From IMG/VR virus record IMGVR_UViG_3300045988_075937: 36,557 nucleotides of DNA; one strand, given 5' to 3'. The stretch is from a virus. Under the pieces are notes generated by a model. That model was not told the DNA's origin. It searched no databases and saw nothing but the letters and a program-made list of their open reading frames with translations. Below are positions 30,343-36,557 of the stretch, in pieces (position 1 is the stretch's first letter; every line of letters begins with the position of its first letter). Made by a program: the position numbers and the translations under genes.

Positions 30343-32424
30343 TCACTTGTTCGGGTTGTTCACGTCCATGGCCCGCTTTGCGGCCTGGGTCGCCATGCTG
30401 TTGCTCCCGCTTTCGCCCACCACATCTCCCAGACTGTTGGTGGTGCTCTTCGCGTCCGCGGTCCCGCCGCCCCCTGTTCCGGCAGCACCGGCAGCCTGTC
30501 CGGCCGCGCTGGCTGCTGCGCTCACGTTGGTGCCGTTCTGCTGGTCAATGATGGCGGCCATCTTCTGCATCTGCTGTGCCATCTGCTGCAGCTGCTGGTA
30601 CAGCGTGCCGTTCTGGCTCACCCTCTCCCGCACCTTCTCAATGCCTTCAAAGTCCATCATTTCCAGCGCAGCAAGGGCAGCATCGGCGTTGGCCGGTGTA
30701 AAGAATCCCAGCTGGTAGCACTCCTTTGCCGTCTCGTTCTGAGAAAGGCGGCTGAAAGTGCTTTTCTTTGCCGCGCTTACCGTAATGTCGAACACCGGCT
30801 CATGGTCGCCCAGCTGCACACCGCCCACATTGCCGCCGGGCACGGCCTGCAGCATCGCATTGCTGAACGGTACATACTCCACGCCGCCGCTCTCGCCAGT
30901 AATGCGGTATACCCGCTCTTCGTCGTAGAACTGCCGCATCAGCTCGATCACAAGGTAGCATTCTTTTGCAAACGTCCGGTACGCGCTTTTCAGCATATCG
31001 CGGCTAAGTTTGCTGCCCGCCTCCTGCAAAGCCGCAATGGCGCTTGCCGCTGTCAGGCCGCTGGTGGTTCCGCCCTGGCTCACATCCCGGTTGCCGCTGA
31101 TTTCCTTCAGCTCGCTCACCCGTGCATCCCGGTAGCTGATGCAGTTGCCGCTCAGTACATTGGTCTGCAAAGGCCGGAAACTGTCGTCCGTCAGCCTGCC
31201 CACCACGTGCACGATGTCCTTGCCAAAGTCGGCCAGCTCTTCTTCGTTCACACCCGCTGTGTCGCTCAGCACATAACGGGCCTTTGCAGCCAGTTTCACG
31301 TTTTCGTCCATGGCGTGGTTCATCTCGTCAATGGCGGTCTGGGTGTCCTTCATCACATCAATGTATCCAAAGCCCGCCGGGCTGTCCTCTTCCCGGAACA
31401 GCGGGTCAAACACAAAGGGGTATTTTCCGTGGTCGTAAAATCCACGCTGGGCATACTGCGGGTCATTCTCGCTGGCATACAGCACCACGCCGTTGCAGTA
31501 TTTGCAGTAATGCAGCACCGTCTGTCCGCCCTCAAGGGCCTTTTTGTAATACCAGTCCACCACAACGCTTTTGTCGCTGGTGTCAATGCTGTCGTCGTGG
31601 ATGTACTTTGCCACATCCATGCTGCTGCCCGTGTGCCCGGCCATCTGCGGGTATCGCCCTTCCAGCTGGTCATTGTCCATAAGGCTCAAGCTGAACAGGT
31701 GCGGCGTGTCCTGAATATCTTCCACGCCCGGCTCCCAGTACAGCATCAGCAGGTTCACGCTCCGGATGCAGATCTCGCCAAGCCCGCCGCGCGCCTCCGG
31801 GTCCCAGAACACGCCCTTCACGCCGGTGCCGGTCTTCAGCTTGCGCCACCATGTGTCGCTGTACACGGTCTCGTAGTCGCACTGCTCCAGCACCGTGGGC
31901 AGGATCTTGGAAAGCGCTTTTGCTGTTTTCTCGTCGTCCTCTGCCCGCGGCAGCACGTTCGGTTCCGGGTAGTTGTCCATGGCATCGGCGTGCTTGTTGG
32001 CAATGCTGTTGAACAGCCATCCGCTGGAAGGCTTGGGCTTGCCCTGCATTTCCTTGTTTTCGTAATTTTTCCAGTGTCCCATGCGGAACCACAGCTCGTT
32101 TTCGATGATGCGTTTGTCCAGTGCGGCCTTGCCCGCCTTGTACTTCTGCAGCAGGTCGTTTGCCTTCCGCACCTCGTCCTCACCGATCGCTTCCTCTTCG
32201 TCAAAGGCTCCCTCCCCGAGGGAGCTGTCTGCGCCAGCAGACTGAGGGAGTCCGGTTCCCGGCATCGCTCCCTCCGGCCGTTCCGGAAGCAGCTGCATGC
32301 CCATCGGCATCTGCGCAGGCTGTCCGCCCTGCATCATCCAGTCCGGTATCTGCTGGCCGCTCTCTTCCTGTGGTGGGTATCGCTCCGACAGCTGTCGCAG
32401 CAGCTCTTTCTCGTCCATCGTCAT
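30343..32424 (-). CDS. Portal protein (693 aa)
   Basis: Size and position directly after TerL. Gly/Ala-rich C-terminal tail. Confidence 0.75.
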   Translation of the reverse strand: MTMDEKELLRQLSERYPPQEESGQQIPDWMMQGGQPAQMPMGMQLLPERPEGAMPGTGLPQSAGADSSLGEGAFDEEEAIGEDEVRKANDLLQKYKAGKAALDKRIIENELWFRMGHWKNYENKEMQGKPKPSSGWLFNSIANKHADAMDNYPEPNVLPRAEDDEKTAKALSKILPTVLEQCDYETVYSDTWWRKLKTGTGVKGVFWDPEARGGLGEICIRSVNLLMLYWEPGVEDIQDTPHLFSLSLMDNDQLEGRYPQMAGHTGSSMDVAKYIHDDSIDTSDKSVVVDWYYKKALEGGQTVLHYCKYCNGVVLYASENDPQYAQRGFYDHGKYPFVFDPLFREEDSPAGFGYIDVMKDTQTAIDEMNHAMDENVKLAAKARYVLSDTAGVNEEELADFGKDIVHVVGRLTDDSFRPLQTNVLSGNCISYRDARVSELKEISGNRDVSQGGTTSGLTAASAIAALQEAGSKLSRDMLKSAYRTFAKECYLVIELMRQFYDEERVYRITGESGGVEYVPFSNAMLQAVPGGNVGGVQLGDHEPVFDITVSAAKKSTFSRLSQNETAKECYQLGFFTPANADAALAALEMMDFEGIEKVRERVSQNGTLYQQLQQMAQQMQKMAAIIDQQNGTNVSAAASAAGQAAGAAGTGGGGTADAKSTTNSLGDVVGESGSNSMATQAAKRAMDVNNPNK

Positions 32425-32428
32425 CGTC

Positions 32429-33889
32429 TCAAATCCTCATCACCCGCGTCCGGCTCTTGCGTCTGTCCATATCCAGCGGGTCATCTTTCATCGGCTGCAC
32501 CGGTTCGGTCTTTCTGGGGCTGATGGGGTTTTCCATCAGCACATACCGGCACTCGTCGTAAATGTGGTCTTCCTGGGTGGTGTCAATGTCTTCCACCCGG
32601 CTCTCGTCGTACACAAGGTTCGGAATGGTGCGGATAAAATGCCTGCAGGTATCAAATACCTGAAACATCGGCCTGCCCTCGCCGTCAAATGCCAGCCGGT
32701 AGTGCAGCTGCATCTTGCCTGCAAGTCGCGTGTGGTCGCCCGGTGTCCAGAAGATGTAATTCGGGTGCTTTTCCTGCATGGCCGCAATGCTCTCGCCCTG
32801 ACTCTCGTTGAAGATAGCCGGGTCTGCCACGCCGGTAATTTGCCGCCCGCGCAGCATTGGGTCGTTTTCCTCCGCTTCCTTGATGCGCCGCGCCTGCTCT
32901 ACCGGGTCTATCTTCAAGCCTTCGTTGGGCACGCCGGTGCAGCCGTACAGCTCCTTGATGCGGTAAAGCCGTCCTTCCTCGTCCGCTGCGTACCAGCCAA
33001 CGGAGAAAGGCTTTGCATAGCCAAAATCGTACCCGCGCCAGATGCGCCAGTGTGCTGGAATGCGGAACGGCTTGATCACATGCGTCCACCGCTGATCCTC
33101 GTAGTGGGCCGGGTCGTTGCGCCATTCGGTAAATACCTGCCCGTTAAAACTGTCCCAGTCGCCGTAGAGCAGTGCCTGCTTTTCCGCTTCCGGTAAGCTT
33201 GCCAGCGTGCCCAGATATCCCGGGTCGTTTTCCAGCAGCTTTTTGTTGTCAAACACCGTGGACGGGATAAACACCCTTGTCCGCCGCAGCTTTTCTACAC
33301 TGCCGTCCGGTTTTTTCACATCCACCAGCTGCACCATCCTCGTGCCCGGTGGTGCCGGTGTAATGAACCGTGCCTTCACCCATCCGTGGCCAATGCCGCC
33401 GGGGTTTGCCGTGGCCCGCATGTACACTGCCGTGCCCGGCCCGGTAGGTCGGTTGCGGCTCATCAGGTAGCTGTATTCCTCCCAGGTAAAGTGGGTCAGC
33501 TCGTCCACGCCGATAAAATCAAAGGCTTTGCCCTGATAGTTGTATTTGTCCTGCGTGCGGAACATGCTGCCAAAATAGATCTTCGCCCCGCTCGGAAAGG
33601 TCCATACGTGGCTGGAGGCGTTGTACCGCGCTTTCGGGAATACCGGCTTGTAGTACTGCATCGTCTTGTCGATCAGCTCCGAAAGCTGCGGGTAGGTTTT
33701 CCGCACGATCAGCCCGCGGTAGTGCGGAATGTCCACCTGCCGCAGCGCTTCGATCACCAGTGCATCGCTCTTTCCTCCGCCTGCTGCCCCGCCGTACAGC
33801 GCTTCGTCCTCGCTGCGGCGCATAAAGGCTGCCTGCTTGGGCTGCGGCCGCCAGATGACCAGCCGGTTTTTATACAGTTCCGCTGCCAT
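32429..33889 (-). CDS. terL: Terminase large subunit (486 aa)
   Basis: Walker A GGAAGGGKS, Walker B FDFIGVDELTHF and a C-terminal nuclease region. Confidence 0.95.
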   Translation of the reverse strand: MAAELYKNRLVIWRPQPKQAAFMRRSEDEALYGGAAGGGKSDALVIEALRQVDIPHYRGLIVRKTYPQLSELIDKTMQYYKPVFPKARYNASSHVWTFPSGAKIYFGSMFRTQDKYNYQGKAFDFIGVDELTHFTWEEYSYLMSRNRPTGPGTAVYMRATANPGGIGHGWVKARFITPAPPGTRMVQLVDVKKPDGSVEKLRRTRVFIPSTVFDNKKLLENDPGYLGTLASLPEAEKQALLYGDWDSFNGQVFTEWRNDPAHYEDQRWTHVIKPFRIPAHWRIWRGYDFGYAKPFSVGWYAADEEGRLYRIKELYGCTGVPNEGLKIDPVEQARRIKEAEENDPMLRGRQITGVADPAIFNESQGESIAAMQEKHPNYIFWTPGDHTRLAGKMQLHYRLAFDGEGRPMFQVFDTCRHFIRTIPNLVYDESRVEDIDTTQEDHIYDECRYVLMENPISPRKTEPVQPMKDDPLDMDRRKSRTRVMRI

Positions 33890-34580
33890 CCAGCACCACC
33901 TCCTGCTGCCCGCCCTCGTCCTGCCGCTCCATCAGCACCGCCGGGGCCGCGCTCTGGCCGCTGCCTTCGTCCTTCGGCACCAGTGCCGCAGCCTTTTCTG
34001 CTGCTGTCAGCAATACCGCTGTCACCTTGGCCGCGTCTTTGTCGCTCATGGCAAGGCTCTCGTATCGCTCCAGCTGCTTTTCCAGCTCGGTGCGCTCTTC
34101 GTCCGTCAGCTGCCGGTCGTAGGTCCCCGGTGCGCTGCGTATCACAAGGCCTGTCTCGGCAGCGTCCTGCAGGTTTTCTTCCTCGCTCTTCAGCAGCACG
34201 CCCAGCTCATAGTTTCTGGCCCGTGCATCCTCATCCAGACGCTGCTGCAGCTTTGTCCGTATCTCGGCGGCGCGCTGGTTCTCTGCTGCGCGCTGCTGCA
34301 GGTAGCTCACCTGTGCTTTTGCGCCCAGCGCCGCTCTGGCTGCGATCTCCCGCGCCGCTTCGGCCCGTGCTTTTGCAAATTCTCCGTCCGGCTTCTTTGC
34401 TTCCTCTGCCACCCAGCTGCGGATGGTGCTCTCCGGCACGCCGTATTTTCTCGCCACCGCACAGATGGAGTTTGTGCCGATCATGGCCATCACCACCTCG
34501 GCCCGCACCTTTGCCGGGTACTTTTTGCCCCGGCCCTGCCTGCCCGGCACGGTGTTTTTGCAGTATCTGCGCTCAGCCAT
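33870..34580 (-). CDS. terS: Terminase small subunit with an N-terminal HTH (236 aa)
   Basis: GGAGG lies 7 nt upstream of the ATG at 34580. ICAVARKYGVPESTIRSWV forms an HTH. It overlaps the terL start. Confidence 0.75.
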   Translation of the reverse strand: MAERRYCKNTVPGRQGRGKKYPAKVRAEVVMAMIGTNSICAVARKYGVPESTIRSWVAEEAKKPDGEFAKARAEAAREIAARAALGAKAQVSYLQQRAAENQRAAEIRTKLQQRLDEDARARNYELGVLLKSEEENLQDAAETGLVIRSAPGTYDRQLTDEERTELEKQLERYESLAMSDKDAAKVTAVLLTAAEKAAALVPKDEGSGQSAAPAVLMERQDEGGQQEVVLDGSGTV

Positions 34581-34609
34581 GCCCGGCCCTCCTTCCTGTG
34601 CTGTTGCTT

Positions 34610-34653
34610 TCAGCCTACCACCAAACAGCCTGCAAAAACACTGCGGACATTTT
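34610..34653 (-). promoter_or_regulatory. Late-promoter-like box, copy 1: GTCCGCAGTGTT-N16-TGgTAGGCT, 26-nt leader to the terS ATG
   Basis: Collinear with 12410..12453. It lies directly downstream of the sigma/RinA-like gene. Confidence 0.55.
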
Positions 34654-34823
34654 GCGGTCGTCGCAGCGAGTACGGGTTGTGGCTCCCAGCGTCTGCTTCG
34701 GCCCTTGGGGCGGGCCTTGCATCCTGCTGGCCACGGCCCCAACAACTCCTCCCTGTTTCCGCCACTGGCGGCGGTCGTCGTTGTTGCATCACAAAACCAC
34801 CGGATGCATCCGCACCCAGTGTT

Positions 34824-35135
34824 TCAGATCAGCCCTGCTTTTGCAGCAAACACCGCTGCCGTGCTCAGCGTTTCCAGCTCCTTGTGGTAGTAGGTCGTCC
34901 GCCCAATGTGCAGCCTTTCGATCGTTTCCGCCTCCGGCCGCTCTTCCAGATACCGCAGCCTGAGCAGAGCCGCACAGGTCCCGTCCGCCTCGGCATAGTA
35001 GTCCAGCACCTGCCGGATCACCCGTCCCCATGGGTCCGGCCCTGCGGCCGCACAGCCTGCCGCGTCCGCTGCTTTCTGCTTGCGCCCGTACTGCCGCAGC
35101 GCCTTTCTCACAGCCTTCTTCTGCTGTCTGGTCAC
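34824..35135 (-). CDS. Sigma-70 region 4 / RinA-ArpU-like late transcriptional regulator (103 aa, GTG start uncertain)
   Basis: LLRLRYLEERPEAETIERLHIGRTTYYHKELETL is a region-4-like HTH. The position immediately upstream of terS is canonical. Confidence 0.7.
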   Translation of the reverse strand: MTRQQKKAVRKALRQYGRKQKAADAAGCAAAGPDPWGRVIRQVLDYYAEADGTCAALLRLRYLEERPEAETIERLHIGRTTYYHKELETLSTAAVFAAKAGLI

Positions 35136-35294
35136 TCATCCACCGCCTTTCACGGCTCTATCTGCTTTCCAAAATTTCCCTTCATTCGCAGTTTCGGCCC
35201 GTTTCCGTCACTGTCCGCGCATTTTTACGCTGATTTTGTGTATTTCTCCGCGTTTCGCGCAATTATTACACGCAAAATAAAATAATTTTATCTG

Positions 35295-36179
35295 TCAGGT
35301 GCGAACTTTCGCAAACCCTCTCCGCCGCAGGATCAGATACGCCTGCGCTTCGGTGGCCTCCCATCCGTCTGGTCGCGGCCTGTCCGCTTCGTACAGCTGT
35401 CCGGGGTCATAGATCATCACCTGTACCACCTCAAAACCCGGATAGTGCTGCTCCCACCAGTAGGCATTCTCTGCGCATTCGGTGCAGCCCTTGCGCAGCT
35501 GGCGGCGGCTCCACTTCGTGTCGCTGGGTGCCAGTTCTTCCGGCTGGCTCAGATTGCGTGTTTCAATGCAGGCCCGCTCTTTGTGGCCGTATATGTAGCC
35601 TATGGTCCCGTTCTTGCCCTGTCCGTCCACGCCCAGCAGCTTCTTCATGTCCATGCGGTCGGCGTTCATGGTGCCCAAAGGCTCGTACTCACCTGTTCCC
35701 GGCACGCGCCGCCGCCACAGATCTTCCAGCATTTCGCGCCATTCCCGCCGGTCGGCAGCTCCCATCCCCACACATTCGGCAAAGCCGTGCATGTGCAGCC
35801 GTCCAGCTTCGCCTTTGCGCACCGCCCATAGCATCAGCCGTATTTTGTCCCGGTTCACACCAAAACGCTTTACCGTGGCACCGATCACCCGCCGCTTGTA
35901 GTTCTCCACATCCCGCCTGCAGGCTGCAAAGTCCTCCGGCAGATAGAACTCTTCGTATGTTCCGGTCAGGAAAAAGCCGTCCCGGCCAAAGTTCGCAATG
36001 GCCTTGCGCTGCTTGCGGCGTAAGCTGGCGTGCTTGTTCCGCTCTTTCTGGCCCCGGTCGCTCTCCTTGTGCTTCTTGCCGCGCCTGCGGTGCTCCTGAT
36101 CTGTCACTGCATAAATGCCAACGGCCATGTACTCGCTGCCGCACCGGTATTTCTTTTCCCGAATGTAGCTCTTCTTCAT
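35295..36179 (-). CDS. HUH rolling-circle replication initiator (Rep), 294 aa from ATG 36179
   Basis: AGGAGG lies 8 nt upstream of the ATG. Motif I is FFLTGTY (35955..35975), motif II is HMHGF (35781..35795) and motif III is YIYGHK (35580..35597). Confidence 0.75.
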   Translation of the reverse strand: MKKSYIREKKYRCGSEYMAVGIYAVTDQEHRRRGKKHKESDRGQKERNKHASLRRKQRKAIANFGRDGFFLTGTYEEFYLPEDFAACRRDVENYKRRVIGATVKRFGVNRDKIRLMLWAVRKGEAGRLHMHGFAECVGMGAADRREWREMLEDLWRRRVPGTGEYEPLGTMNADRMDMKKLLGVDGQGKNGTIGYIYGHKERACIETRNLSQPEELAPSDTKWSRRQLRKGCTECAENAYWWEQHYPGFEVVQVMIYDPGQLYEADRPRPDGWEATEAQAYLILRRRGFAKVRT

Positions 36180-36438
36180 CTGGCCGTCCTCCTGCATCGG
36201 TATGCTGCCGGTGTTTGTTTTCTCTTCTGTGCCCATCACCGTCACAGAAATAACGGGTATACTAGCTCCCCAAAGCGCCCACCCCGGACGCTGTAAAAAG
36301 CGGTTCATCCTGCTATAAAATAAATGGTATAAAGGCTCCCGCCTGCCGCCGGTACGCTCCGGCAGCACCCGGCAGACTTTATCCTGCTGCGCTGTCGCCA
36401 AAGCCCCCGGCATCCTTTTGCCAGGGGCTTCCTCTGTT

Positions 36439-36557
36439 ATTTTTTTTCGTCTGCGCTGTCCTTTGTGCGCCATCCAGCCTTCCTTTACGTAGTCGCTCCG
36501 GTTCACTCTGTCCCGGGATACCATGTCCTTTGTGTAGGCTTTTTCTGCTTTCACCGC
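36439..36557. repeat. Terminal direct repeat, copy 2 (identical to 1..119)
   Basis: Direct base-by-base comparison of both contig ends. Confidence 0.95.

Larger units (their letters stand above)
1..36557. mobile_element. Complete temperate phage genome, circular/excised form (unique length 36,438 bp), podovirus-like structural module
   Basis: Integrase plus attP, CI/Cro-like switch, terminase, portal, capsid, tail fibre and lysis cassette are all present. The ends overlap exactly and no host housekeeping genes are present. Confidence 0.9.

Noticed and set aside
33870-34745. Extended 291-aa TerS starting at the TTG at 34745.
   Set aside because: The upstream extension (MLGPWPAGCKARPKGRSRRW...) is not protein-like, and it would run through the late-promoter-like box. 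ATG 34580 has a well-spaced GGAGG.
36180-36554. The N-terminal 125 codons of the 419-aa ORF track entry, treated as part of Rep.
   Set aside because: I did not accept it as the default model. The segment crosses a terminator-like hairpin and A/T-rich promoter-like DNA, and its translation looks non-coding. Rep has its own AGGAGG-8-ATG at 36179. It is kept as an open question in the wrap-around finding.
1-36557. CRISPR arrays, transposases/IS elements, rRNA genes, and diversity-generating or retron-type elements.
   Set aside because: I saw no regularly spaced short repeats, no transposase-like or reverse-transcriptase-like ORFs, and no rRNA-like sequence on either strand.

Overview
The window is a complete temperate tailed-phage genome in its excised, circular form. 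Bases 1-119 are identical to 36439-36557, giving a unique length of 36,438 bp. An intact attP lies beside a tyrosine integrase, and no host genes flank it.

Nearly all genes are on the minus strand. In transcription order they are:
- A Cro-like early operon (4660 down to 203) of small, translationally coupled genes.
- An HUH rolling-circle Rep (36179..35295).
- A sigma-70 region 4 / RinA-like late regulator.
- TerS, TerL, portal, a Prp-protease/scaffold fusion and an N4-gp56-type major capsid protein.
- Connector and tail proteins, three putative internal virion proteins including a 3360-aa giant ORF, and a tail fibre.
- A lysis cassette: M15 endolysin, a DUF4406-like protein, a membrane coiled-coil protein and a phiLC3-type holin.

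No tape-measure, tail-tube or sheath genes are visible, so a podovirus-like virion is inferred.

The plus strand carries the lysogeny and accessory island (3841..8740). It holds a nested membrane-protein gene, a CI-like repressor, an A/T-richer cargo (a secreted protein, a zinc-ribbon protein and an Abi_2 abortive-infection gene with its own promoter) and the integrase.

The Prp/L27-type cleavage motifs, XkdX and the phiLC3 holin point to a Firmicutes/Clostridia host. This is inference.

Main items for follow-up:
- The giant polyvalent virion protein, which contains an A/T-rich inserted domain.
- The Prp-scaffold fusion with a cleavage motif at the junction.
- A three-copy double-hairpin element that shows compensatory stem changes; two copies sit in-frame in the portal and scaffold genes.
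- A duplicated late-promoter-like box upstream of terS and the tail-fibre gene.
- A wrap-around ORF that joins a Cys-rich peptide to Rep through an A8 tract.
- attP carrying the 3' half of a tRNA-Thr(CGU)-like sequence.

All family assignments come from motif recognition by eye. No searches were run.
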